Shown: piece after piece, positions 41,600 to 54,080 of the stretch | How positions within the stretch are numbered: position 1 is the first letter of the stretch | Layout: every line of letters starts with the position of its first letter | Assembly (NCBI GenBank): GCA_951406725.2 | Contig: OX597817.1 | Span: 65,286,001 to 65,350,000 of the forward strand | Direction: 5' to 3' | DNA: 64,000 nucleotides | Source of the DNA: Octopus vulgaris | Lineage: Eukaryota | The notes under the pieces: model-generated | What the model was told of the DNA's origin: nothing | Databases searched by the model: none | Seen by the model: only the letters and a program-made list of their open reading frames with translations | Made by a program: the position numbers and the translations under genes

Positions 41600-42150
41600 G
41601 GAGAAACTTTAAGTGTTCTTTTCGTTTTACAGAGCGGACAGAATCATTATACCGAATACAGCATGAGTACATTGAAGATATGAAACTCGCTTTTTTGATA
41701 AAATTCTTTCAGTCTCTGGCATCTGTAACTCAAGTTGATGTTATGGAGATCTGAGGAACTTCGAACTTTGAGCGACTAAGATAAACAAATGCTTCAACCT
41801 GTATGACGTGGAAGACGTCGACAGCAAATATTTCCAATACAATGTTGGAATGCATATGGACGTGTACAAAAAACGGCTTGCCACGAACCAGTATTAGCTT
41901 TGAAGAATGGCTCAGTGCATCTAATAGTTGTGCGCTATTAGTCACCGTATTTTTTTAATGTAAACTCATAAAAAAATTTAAATGAGAGCAAGGTGCAAAT
42001 GAGGAATTTATGACGCAGCTGCCTAGTAGTGTTGATGGCCCACCAAGAAAAAAGACATTACGATGCAGTAAATAAACTAAAAAGAACATTGTAACTGGAT
42101 ATCATGCCATTAGAGAAAATTTATTTGGTGCATTTTGGAGCACTTAACAT
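41600..42150 (+). mobile_element. MULE (Mutator-like) transposase C-terminal fragment, decayed
   Basis: Frameshifted translation RGRRRQQIFPIQCWNAYGRVQK.GLPRTSISFEEWLS...KLIKKFK*EQ...PPRKK matches the MULE FP..WN....LPRTNN..EGWH...L..EQ pattern. Confidence 0.72.
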
Positions 42151-42440
42151 ATGGAGCGGGTACAGACAGAACATTTTGTTGAATCAAATCTTAGATGTAA
42201 ATTCTCTTTTTATTTTATATCTAACGTCAGTTTATATATTTAAAGTTATATCACAAAATATTCTATAAAATATTTACAAATTATTCTATGAAGAGTTTCC
42301 TTAATAACTTATTTTGAAGAAACAGAGTTCAAAGAAGAGTCATGCCATGTATGTATGTATGTATGTATGTATGTATGTATGTATGTATGTATGTATGTAT
42401 GTATGTATGTATGTATGTATGTATGTATGTATGTATGTAT

Positions 42441-42493
<53 letters not shown>

Positions 42494-42499
42494 GGCTTG

Positions 42500-42563
<64 letters not shown>

Positions 42564-42980
42564 GGCTTGTATTTGTATGCTTGTATTTGTATTTGTATAA
42601 GTCGAACCTCGTGGTATCACAAACAACCAGCAATGAAATACTTCTACTTCCGTTGTGTGTTAACCTGTGATTGCACACGAAATATGTGGCATAGGGTGAG
42701 CTGGGGTCAGTCAGGTTCTTAAATTGCCCTTGCAGTAACGTCCGCCGTAGTCATATTGTCGGTGTCTGGAAATTAGCATCTTAGTCTTGCCATATTGGTG
42801 TGTGTCTTCGTCATTGTTAGGGCCTATGGCAGGGACGTTAAAAGGCAAAGGAATATAGTCATACGCGATTGTGTGTCGAAAGCTAAGGAAGTGGCGCTAT
42901 TTCATCGTCACCGTTGCGCATAATACGTCGACTACCGCAACAAAAGTTTCACCTACAGTTTGTGGTTCCCGAGAATGTCG

Positions 42981-43056
<76 letters not shown>

Positions 43057-43699
43057 CATACACACAACACACACACGCATACATATGTACATAGGTGCAT
43101 TGAGCAACGTAAGAACAAATTTGCATAAGAGCGCAACAATGTTGGGTCAGTCAAAAAAGAAAAAAAGAAAAGCAACTGATTCGCATTCTCTTAATAGTAT
43201 ATTGATTAGTAGTATATTGAAAATTTGTAAAACATTCGATAGATTGTTCCATTTGATGTTCCTGGGATGCATATATGCACACAATCACATACATATACGG
43301 AATATATACATATGCATAAAAAGAGTAATGAAGTACAAGTATAACTAAAGTGACATACACTCTCACTTTATGGGGTAATATTTTCCATACATAGCACACA
43401 CATGCACAGACACACGTATATATACACACACAGTTGCTGTATCCCCAACCCCGTAAGTCTGTCTTGTCTTAGACAGAAGGTCTTTGTCACTCCGTGAGTG
43501 ACCCACTTAAATTCTGCGTTGAAAAAAAATTCCAGAAAAAAGTTAAATTCCAAAAAAATAGCACTCATACATACGTACGCACGTACACATATATAAACAT
43601 ACATATATACATACATGTAGACATACATGCATGCATAAATGCAAACATATATGCATACATACATACATACATACATACATACATACAAGCATGCATACA

Positions 43700-44080
43700 T
43701 GAAGTCACAGCCACTCATAATAAAATGGAGTACTGGTGGAAGGTCCCAGTGAAAACCTCAATAAAATGTAAGCACAAAAACCTGATAGAATGATTTGGGA
43801 TAGAGAAGAGAAACTGTGTACGGTTGTGGAAATTAGCTGCCCAGCAAATGTTAACATATTGAGAAATCTGAACTATTGAGAAATCTGCTGTTACTCTATC
43901 CAGATTACAAGTTCAGGTTTATTCCTGTAATTATTGGGACCGTGGGATATGTAACACACTTCCAAAATGCCAATCTTGAGAAATTAGGCTTCTCAAAACC
44001 AGAAAAGAGAAAGCTAAATTCGAAGATTACAGATCCAATCCATCAATGGAACTGTAAAAATCTGTAAAACTTTAAATATA
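43700..44080 (+). mobile_element. RLE-type LINE endonuclease-domain fragment
   Basis: EYWWKVPVKTSIKCKH.KPDRMIWDREEKLCTVVEISCPANVN...YPDYKFRFIPVIIGTVG: PD-(D/E)-type RLE motif; flanked by (CATA)n. Confidence 0.8.
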
Positions 44081-44397
44081 TATGAGCGTATCTAGATATC
44101 GAACTATATGTATGAGTATACATACATAAAACAAAACATGCAAATCTGCATATGTACATACGTCCATACATACATACATACATACATACATACATACATA
44201 CATACATACATACATACATACATACATACAAACAAACAAAAACACCCTGTTGTTGATGCTGAAATTCCTATGAAGGAGCCTTGGATGTAGGTTAAAAACT
44301 GGCTCTTTCTCTATTGGAAACAAATTTTGAAATAAATGACATACATACATACATACATACATACATACATACATACATACATACATACATACATACA

Positions 44398-45085
44398 TGG
44401 TGATTGTCTACTCCTTATGCAGAGTTTGACCATCTCGTATACCTACACCTTAGAATCATCATGGCATCTGATGTGGCTTTTTAAACCAGACATAGATTGC
44501 ACATCCGATTTGGACCACCAAGAGCTGAAGTTAAGTTCTGATCTTTGTAGATCTTAAAATATCTTTTGAGGCCTCCGTTAGATTTGCAAACCTTCTGACA
44601 TACACTGCATTCAAAGGTGTGCACAGACATAGGCAGAATAGTTGGTGGAGATTCGTTTTCCATGGGTTCACAAATGAGATTTGAGCCCAGCAAAAGAAAG
44701 GCATGGTCTGTCACAAACTATGCACACAAAAATGTCATTGTCATTCACCTTCTCGATCGTAACATTTTCCCTTAGATCTCTTTTGGCCTCTTCAAAAGCT
44801 TTCACTCCACTCCACACTTTTATTCGCCATCCAGCTCATTCCGAAGCAAAGGTGTCTATGCTTTCTGGATCCATTCCAACTGACTTCATAGTAGTCCTTA
44901 TGCCGTCCTTAAACCTTTTTCTTTAGGTTTACGCCGATAGCGCTTCCCCTCTGTAAGCTCACCATAAAACAGCTGTTTCGGCATGCGTTCATCCGCCATT
45001 CGAACAATATGGCCACAACATATCAATTGGTTCCTCAAAATCATAGCTTTAATTGAGATGATGGAAGCAGGTGCAAGGATGTCGG
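44398..45085 (-). mobile_element. RTE-clade LINE 3' portion with C-terminal zinc finger
   Basis: QLICCGHIVRMADERMPKQLFYGELTEGKRYRRKPK...FECSVCQKVCKSNGGLKR; ends against (TATG)n. Confidence 0.85.
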
Positions 45086-45279
45086 AATCACCTTCTCGAT
45101 TGTAGCATTCTTCCTTAGATCGCTTTGGAGTCTTACATCCTGGCCTCTTCAAACATACCGTGAAAGACGCCAGTTGTCCTGCGTATGTGAATATCTTTTT
45201 GAAAATCAAAGAGAAAGAGGATAACTATGAACAACTACTTCGAAACCTGTAGCTTCTATATATATTTACTTTGTTTTTG

Positions 45280-45555
45280 TTAGAATGTTTAAATGCCTTC
45301 ACAGATCCAAATATAGTTTCTGAGTCTCAGCGTGGTTTTCATCCTCGGTACAGCGCTGATTGTATCTTTACTATCAGACAATTACAAGAAGAGTGCATTG
45401 AACAGAATCTTGCTCTAAACCATTGCTTTGTTGATTTGAGCAAGGCATTCGATACTGTTAAACGAAATGCTCTATGTAGCTAATTCTAAGGAAAACAGTT
45501 TGCCCGGGAAAATTTGTAAACATGATCAAGGTTTTGCATCAAGATATGAAAGCTT
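45280..45555 (+). mobile_element. RTE-clade reverse-transcriptase fragment
   Basis: SESQRGFHPRYSADCIFTIRQLQEECIEQN...CFVDLSKAFDTVKR, the N-terminal RT motifs (QxGF, FVDxxKAFDxV). Confidence 0.88.
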
Positions 45556-45559
45556 ACAG

Positions 45560-46020
45560 GTTACAACATACGTGGGAAGGACTACTCTGACGGCCATACC
45601 AAAGGCATACAAGAACTAGAATGCATATTCACATCTACAAAAAAAAAAAAAAGATAAAGAATACTGGTGGGACATCTTGAACAGTCACCCGGTGTAAGCG
45701 CAACAGGCCAGACATTGTCTTGTAGGACTGAGAGCAAGAGACATGTACTCTAGTAAAGATTATCTGGCCAGTGGATCTGAATGTCGCATCAAAAACTGTA
45801 AAGAAAGAGAGCAGTGATGGGAAACTGATAAGTTCTTATGCCTAGACTATAAATTCTCGTTCGTACCCTTTATCATAAGCACGATGGGCTTCATAACAAT
45901 GAATTTGTATAAAAAGACTAAAAAACTGGGGCTCTCTAAAAAAGAGTAAACCAAACAGATCTGTGTCTGCTAAACACAATCATTCACGAGTAAAGTAAAA
46001 GTGTGAAAAACGTTACAAAG
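45560..46020 (+). mobile_element. Second RLE-type LINE endonuclease fragment, diverged
   Basis: KEYWWDI...TRCKRNRPDIVL*D*EQETCTLVKIIWPVDLNV...DYKFSFVPFIISTMGFI, paralogous to 43700-44080. Confidence 0.75.
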
Positions 46021-46074
46021 ATTCTGCATGTGGAGAATCTTACACATATGCACTTAAACATTTAAACTGACACT

Positions 46075-46345
46075 TTATCGGTTACAACGAGGAGGGTTCC
46101 AGTTGATCTAATCAACGGACCAGCCTTCTCTTGAAATTAACGTGCAAGTGGCTGAGCACTCCACAGACATGCGTACCCTTAACGTAGTTCTCAAGGAGAT
46201 TCAGTTTGACACAGAATGTGATAAGGCTAGTCCGTTGTAAAATGCAAGTACAACCTATTTTTGTTAGCTGAGTGAACTAGAGCACGTGAAATAAAATGTC
46301 TTCCTCAAGGAATCGGACTTACGACGTTATGATCGTGAGCCGAAT
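46075..46345 (-). mobile_element. SINE with family C-like head/core and a different tail
   Basis: agctgagtgaactagagcacgtgaaataaaatgtcttcctcaagga matches the reverse complement of the family C core; the tail differs. Confidence 0.65.
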
Positions 46346-46395
46346 ATCCTATGATATGCGCCCTCACATACTTATGGAATGCATGAACACACACA

Positions 46396-46476
<81 letters not shown>

Positions 46477-46821
46477 CCAACAGTGATACACAGACACTTG
46501 TATGTTAGAGCAAAACGCATATCCACCAAACAGCTACAAGTTTTTCACGAGCACAAACATGTATATATATACACACATCAACTGCTTCAGTCGAGACCAC
46601 AATCCCCAGCATCTATCTTAACTGAAGAAAGAAGAAACAAAAACAGCCTTGTCACTTAGTGGCCATCTTGAATTCAACAAATGAGAACGAAAAGACCAAA
46701 AGAACTTGAATCCTAAAGAAAATATATACGCACAAGACATACAGACATACATACATACATATATACACGCTTGCATGCATAAATACAAAAATGCATACAT
46801 ACATATATCTATATCAATATG

Positions 46822-46909
<88 letters not shown>

Positions 46910-46916
46910 CTACATC

Positions 46917-46976
<60 letters not shown>

Positions 46977-47025
46977 ATTAGCACACATACACCTATATAT
47001 GTATGTGTGAATGTATGTATGCCGA

Positions 47026-47070
<45 letters not shown>

Positions 47071-49348
47071 GTATGTATTTACGTATTTCGATGCGTGATA
47101 AGGAATCGGTTCCATTGATAGCCCACCATAAATATTTACACTTAGACTCATTGCCACAGTTTTCTGTTTGGTGTGAAGTCGACTTAATCGAGTCGGTGTT
47201 TGACTGGCACTTTGTTTCAATGACTTCGGATGATGAAAAGACAAAGTGATATTAATTACTGCTGTAATAATATATAATAACATGATTTCTCACTCGGGTC
47301 CAAGGTCAAGAATTTGAGGATGGGGTTTTACCGATAAGGATACGAAGCCAAACAACTTATGATTGTTATTACTTTACTTGTCTTTTCTTCCTCAGTCAAC
47401 ATTTATAGATAAGACTTCAGCTGCTGTGAAAATCTCACACCACTCAAAACACCAAATACAAATACATATACGTGCGAGCACACATACACACTCATACACA
47501 CTCACACGCACACATTCACACGCATATATTTTCTCATACGTTTGTGTGCAACTATCTGCAGACTGACACACTCACACATACAGAAACAAACTCGCTCGCG
47601 CACACGTAAAAGTGTATGCGTGTGTGTGTTTGTATGTGTTTACGTGTGTGTTTGTGTGCGTGCGCATGCGTGTGTATGTTTGTGTATGTGTGTGTGTGTG
47701 CAGGAACAGGATTTATAGAGTGTGCAGATTTAGTCTTTTATAGAACCGGAAAGGAAGTTATTTTAACATAGAATTATCTCTATTAAGTGATAAGTAAAGT
47801 TGACGACTTTCAGAACTCAACTTCTAATGACGGTCAAATCTTTTCACATTTCTTTACTTTCTTTATCAGGCGTTTCCGTTATTCTAGAAAATTATGTGCC
47901 GAAGAACAGCTGAGTTTACCGTTATAACTGAAAGGGAGTTGTGTTTCTCTTCTTGTTTGATAGTAGCTACTAATCTAAACTGCTGCTGCTATTAACTTTG
48001 TTATTATTTATCTTCTTGTCAGCCCTAGTTGAACAGACATACCTATTATCAAAGATGTTCCAGTCGTGGCCATTCCATCCGGTATTTTTCGTACTTCACA
48101 TATTTGATTGTCCAATGTGTCTTCTTGGTTTAAAATGTTAGTGTGTCATTTGAAAGATATTTACTGTTACATCTCGTTGGAAAATATAGTAAATGAAATG
48201 TATTGCACCAATTAAATGACATTGGTTCTGAGACTGAAGCAATGCGAGTGTATTGTGTAGTATGTATATGAGTACAAAGGGTTACTGTTAGGCGGAAAGG
48301 CAATGATGAGGAATAAAGACAGATGAAACAAAACTTGAAAGGTATAGATATATAAAATTACAGAGTTTGTAGAATCTGCTGAGCATTTCTTGATAAAGTG
48401 CACTGACGTATTTGGTAAAGTCTCTTTACATTCTGTCGTCGGACTCATCGAAAATTGAGATGGTTGATACCTTAAGGTTAATGTACCATAAAATAGCAAG
48501 GAATTATTTGGAAAACGTTGATGGGCTTTAAACTCAGCAGCTTAAGAAGCAAATCAACTCAAGATGGAATTTTCAGTCACTTCACAGAAATGGTGTTAGT
48601 GTTGTTGTTGTTGTTGTTGTTGTTGTTGAAGAGTTATTCGTACTTCCTGTCCACATCGTCAGTACTCTTAACGTCCTTCTTAGCCCATGTCGTCGCTGCT
48701 TAACTCCAGGTCAGCCCTGATGAAGTAGACTTGTAAAAAAAATCGTGATCGATATAGTTATCATAATATATTTTAAGATATTGTGTATCTAGGGCTACAT
48801 AGCCCAGTATGCTCTTTGTTTTTAAAAGACGGTGATGTGTGATCTAAAGGGAAAAGCTGATGATAATAGTTGTTTCGTTCGAAAATATTCTCTTTTCAAA
48901 GACCGAACATATATCTGATGCTGTGCTCATCATCTACCTCCACTGCTTTAAGGGGCTTATTCAACATATTTGAATTTTTCTTTGAAGCCGCTCACAGTGC
49001 GGATACAGTCAGATGCAGCTTGAATGAATGTATCCTCGTGGGATGATAATCCAATTATGTTGCTTACTCAGTTTTATTTTATGATTGCGAAGAGATTGTT
49101 GAAGATTTGTTTGAGAAGTCTATAACTTCATTTGGTTTCCTGTGGATCTAGTGTTTGACTGAGGTCAAATCCAATGTGATGTTTAAAAACTTTACGATTC
49201 TTAGCATTACCACCGATGGTAGTTTTAAACGTTTACATTCATTCATCTATTCACTCACACACACTCTCTCCATCTATCCACCCATCCATCCATCTATCCA
49301 TCCATCCTCACGCACACACGCACACACACACATACATACACACACTCC

Positions 49349-49382
<34 letters not shown>

Positions 49383-49394
49383 TTGAGTATATAT

Positions 49395-49467
<73 letters not shown>

Positions 49468-49828
49468 GTACGTACACTCAAAGAGATGGAGTGAGACAGA
49501 ATCGGAGAGGCATAGCAAAGATGTATAATCAGAAATAGTGATTTAGCAAAACAAAATTGGCCGATGGAACTATTAAAAACACAGAAAGCTCTGTTTGTAA
49601 CTAGCAGAAGTAGGAGTGAAAAGACAAACCACAGTAGTAGGCTGATGATGGAGAGGAGGAAGATAAGGTGATGTAGGTCAGTGTGTCGATGAAAATGGTT
49701 CAAAACATGTAGTTTTAGATATAAAAATAACTACATTCATTTATACATATCAACACACACTCACATGTAAGAAACTATTACCCTCTCTCTCTCTTTCTTT
49801 ATCTTTCTCTCTCTCTCCTACAACACTC

Positions 49829-49873
<45 letters not shown>

Positions 49874-50255
49874 TGGACACACAGTTAATTTTAAAAAAAT
49901 TTCTAGTATTCTGTAATATTGTTTCATGTAATTTTCTTTGTAAATATGAATGTGTATTGATATGTAAATATCAATACTTACATACAAATATACATACATA
50001 CATACATACATACATACATACATGCATACATACATACATACATACATTTGTGTGTAGGTTTGTACGCACATGCACTTATAGAAATTATATATGCTTTACT
50101 ATATATACTTATATATATTTATATTAAAATGTTCCCAATGTGCTGAACAAGTAATTTCCAGTTCAACTGTGCGCATACGCCCACACACACACGCACATAT
50201 ATGTACATATATATGTATATGTATATATACATATATCTATGAATGTATGTTAGTA

Positions 50256-50300
<45 letters not shown>

Positions 50301-50301
50301 A

Positions 50302-50449
50302 CACACTTCTCAGCCTTTGGCTAAGATCAAAGTGTAGTATCTGTTCTTATCAGCTTAATATCTGATACGGTCCCTATTTGGGGCCATCGATATTAAACTG
50401 ATTTTTAGAACGAGGTGAAGTGTTAGGGGCTTGCTCCGCTTTTGCCACG
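50302..50449 (+). pseudogene. U2: U2 snRNA pseudogene, 3'-truncated (approx. nt 1-147)
   Basis: cttctcagcctttggctaagatcaaagtgtagtatctgttcttatcagcttaatatctgatacg matches the U2 5' end, with branch-point-pairing GTAGTA at 50334-50339, Sm-like atttttag, and stem-loop III ggcttgctcc. Stem-loop IV is missing, CpG-type decay is visible, and the upstream flank is a (TG)n run. Confidence 0.93.
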
Positions 50450-50456
50450 TATACGT

Positions 50457-50790
50457 GAAGGCGCATGGCTCAGTGGTTAGAGCGTCGAGCTTAAGATCTT
50501 GAGGTTGTGAGTTCGATTCCCGGACTGGGTTGCATGTTGTGTTCTTGAGCAAGACACTATTTCACGTTGCTCCAGTTCACTCAGCTGTAGAAATGAGTTG
50601 CAACGTCACTGGTGCCAAGCTGTATCGGCTCCTTTGCCTTTCCCTTGGATAACATCAGTGGTGTGGAGAGGGGAGGCTGGTATGCAGGGGCGACTGCTGG
50701 CCTTCCATAAACAACCTTGCCCGGACTTGTACCTCGGAGGGTAACTTTCTAGGTGCAATCCCATGGCCATTCATGATCGAAGGGGGTCTC
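50457..50790 (+). mobile_element. Full-length tRNA-derived SINE, family C
   Basis: A box tggctcagtgg (50466), B box gttcgattcc (50511), CORE-like tgtgttcttgagcaagacac, distinct 3' tail, then (TA)n. Confidence 0.9.
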
Positions 50791-50792
50791 CC

Positions 50793-50850
<58 letters not shown>

Positions 50851-51736
50851 TAACCTATACTAGAAGGCATTCTAGTTGACTTGGGTCAACTAGAGGCAAA
50901 TGAGTGAATTGGGAATACTGCGAAGAAGCCCTTCAGATTAACTGTTACACTTGTGTCCCTTGTGTCGCGCTAGATCTACTTGAGACCTTGTCAGTTGTAC
51001 CAACTGATCGTTTGCTTAGGACAGTGTGGACGATTCTGAAGGAGCGAATGTGTGTGCGTTTGAAAGAGGTGGTGATGAAAACTGAAACAAGGCCAGCACC
51101 TTATTTATGGAGCAAAGGAGACTGAACTGGAAATGCTTCACAGGCAGTTTTGTACTCAAGAGTGCAAAGCAGCGGGAACAATGATCACAACGCTCTAACG
51201 ATTGTGCTACATAAATCTATTTGAATTGGAGCGACTAATAAACCGGTCTCTCCTTCTCCCTCTCCATTTTATTTTATATGAAATAACATCCAAAACTAAG
51301 CACAAACGAGGAAAGAGGGGCGCAATAAATAACCTGTAGATATAAGAGAATCAACAGTATTTCCTCGCTTGCTTATCGTTGAAATATATTATTAACGTTA
51401 TGATACCAATGGCTAACGATTTTTTGGCTTCGTTTATAAAAAAACCCCCAGAAGTTCACGCACGTTTGGTCAACATACTATAGCGCTATATTCCTTGAAT
51501 ACTGACCACAGACGCCTACCTAGCTCAACTGACTAGCATATTTGTTTTCTCTTCTTTCCTCCTCTCTGTCTGTTTATACAAGTGTGCATATATATATATG
51601 TATGTATGTATGTATGTATACAAGTGTATATATATATATATGTATATATATATAAGTGAATGTGTGTGTACATGTGTGTATGTATGTGTATGTATGTGTA
51701 CATATATATATTTCTATAGTTCAAAAAAGATTAATC

Positions 51737-51771
<35 letters not shown>

Positions 51772-51792
51772 TATATATATGCATAAATATGA

Positions 51793-51913
<121 letters not shown>

Positions 51914-52836
51914 TATACATTTATATATATATGGAACATACACACGCATGTGCAAACACACACATACATATATATAGGAAAAGAGAGAGTGAGAAAGAGA
52001 GAGGAAAAGAGATACAGAGAAAGTCTCAGAGAGGGAAAGACAGAGAGACAGAGAGAGTCAGGGAGAGAATACTATAGGTTTTTGATATAAATGCTTCTTC
52101 TAAAGAGCTGTGCTTGTATAATTATACACGCACAGTCACACACACATACATCCTCACCTTTTCTCTCTTTTCTCTTTCTCTCTCTCTCTCCCTCCCATAC
52201 ACACGCTCCGACACACGCACACACACACGCACCACATATATGTAATTATTTATTATGAAAACAGAGAGCAGTACTGTTTCAGTCCACTGAGTTATTTCAA
52301 GAGAAATATTTCACTAAAATACTGGAAACACAGAAAGTTCGATTGCAAGAAAATAGAAAGTGAGGAGCGAAGATGGCTGCATCGTAAATGTACTTAACAA
52401 ACCAGCCGAAATGGCACCAGTTCGTATCCCGATACTATCTTTGTGTTACGTTTATTGCCAAGAATTTTTACATACATACATACATACACATGCATGATGT
52501 GCAGTGATCAAATAATTGTTCCTCAACATAGCGAACGTGTCCAAGGGATTTCAAACAAAACGTTATCCTTGTTTCGTTGTGCAACATAAGCAGTATTAGT
52601 TTAAAATAGCAATCTGTGTATTTTACTTAATGCAGATACATCATGGAAAGTCTAAACAATTGCGGTATTCATCATGAAACAATATGTCTTATAGACAGGA
52701 CGAATACCACAGTTAATTAGGTTTTCTGTGATGTATCAGCGTTAAGTATGATACATACATACATATATACATACATAGATATGTATATATAGCCACATAC
52801 ATATATACTTATATATGTATGTATATATATATATAG

Positions 52837-53007
52837 TATTTAAAACTGCTTGATTCGGTTCTATGCGACTTAAAGTTTTGCAGGCATTTTCACAGAAACC
52901 TGGCTCGTTCAGGATTAGATAATTCGGTTATATAAACCTGAACAAGCCAGGTTCCTGTAAAGAGGCCTGTGAAACTTTAAGTCTAGTGGATCAAACTATT
53001 TTAAATA
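52837..53007. repeat. Imperfect inverted repeat (47-bp core arms, 23-nt spacer)
   Basis: 52867-52913 versus the reverse complement of 52937-52983 match at 40/47 by my count; weaker pairing extends outward. Confidence 0.85.
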
Positions 53008-53069
53008 ATAATTTATGTAACTCTTACTAAATGCGTTGAGTACTTTTTTCTTTTGTTTTTCTAATCTCT

Positions 53070-53118
<49 letters not shown>

Positions 53119-53121
<3 letters not shown>

Positions 53122-53298
53122 GCCATGATAGATCGCTAGCCACTAAACCTTTTTCTATTTTCTCTCCTTATTTAAATCGCTGTTCCTTTCTGTCGAAGAG
53201 CGTAGGCTCGAAACGTAAAAGACTCTCTCATTTCCCGAGCGTTAAACTAATACACACCTGTCTTCGTGTTTTGTTTTGTTTTTGGTAAATTCTCACTA
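53119..53298 (+). mobile_element. Short hammerhead-bearing repeat, copy 3, inside (TA)n
   Basis: tcgccatgatagatcgctagccacta...cctttctgtcgaagagcgtaggctcgaaacgtaaaagact...; (TA)n on both sides. Confidence 0.7.
53186..53221 (+). ncRNA. Minimal type-I hammerhead ribozyme-like motif
   Basis: CTTT|CTGTCGA|A|GAGC-GTAG-GCTC|GAAAC|GTA|AAAG. Confidence 0.6.
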
Positions 53299-53564
53299 TA
53301 TATATATATATCCCATAAATTATACAGCTGGTTCCACAAAACATCGGGAATGTTTCTGTCGCCTAGAATTAGCAGCAAAATATTTCTCAAACCATTATCT
53401 AATGTCTTAAAAAATGGAACATTACATTGGATAATGTCGAACTAAATAATGCATATCGAAAGAAAATTTTGCAAGCTCACAGCAAAGTTACCTTGACTGG
53501 GGCTGATCTGAGGCTTATAAACACACAGAAATTAGTTACCTTTTAAGAACCTTTTCTTCTCTCA

Positions 53565-53672
<108 letters not shown>

Positions 53673-53944
53673 CTCCTCTCTCTCTCTTTCTCTCCCTCTC
53701 TCTTTTTCTCTTTCTTTTCTCATTGTTACTTATGCGTCGATGTTCGCGTTTATATTTAATATATGCAAATGTAATGAGTCTTTGAGAAAATGTTAAACAA
53801 ATAATTTCACTCGCTTTGCCAAAATTCCTCCTATCTTCACATGTTTCTTTACATAAATACGTAATACCTTCTTGTAACTGTAACTATTCACCTTAGTCTT
53901 TGGAAGTTTCTTTTCCTCGCTCAACACCTATTTATGATATTCTT

Positions 53945-54080
53945 TTCTACTCTAGGCACAAGGTCCAAATTTTTTGGGAAGGGGGCCAGTCGATTACATC
54001 GACATCAGTACGCAACTGGTACTTAATTTATTGACCCCCGAAAGGATGAAAGGCAAAATCGACCTCGGCGGAATTTGAAA
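53945..54080 (-). mobile_element. SINE family A 3' part
   Basis: gtcgattacatcgac...ctggtacttaattt...gaaaggatgaaaggcaaaatcgacctcggcggaatttgaa. Confidence 0.85.

Noticed and set aside
42600-42985. Non-repetitive island between microsatellites
   Set aside because: No recognisable protein, RNA or terminal-repeat signature.
50302-50449. Functional U2 snRNA gene
   Set aside because: It lacks stem-loop IV, carries substitutions in the conserved 5' end and Sm site, and is preceded by a microsatellite rather than a recognisable promoter.
50457-50530. tRNA gene
   Set aside because: A/B boxes are present but continue into SINE core and tail shared with other copies; it is a SINE head, not a tRNA.
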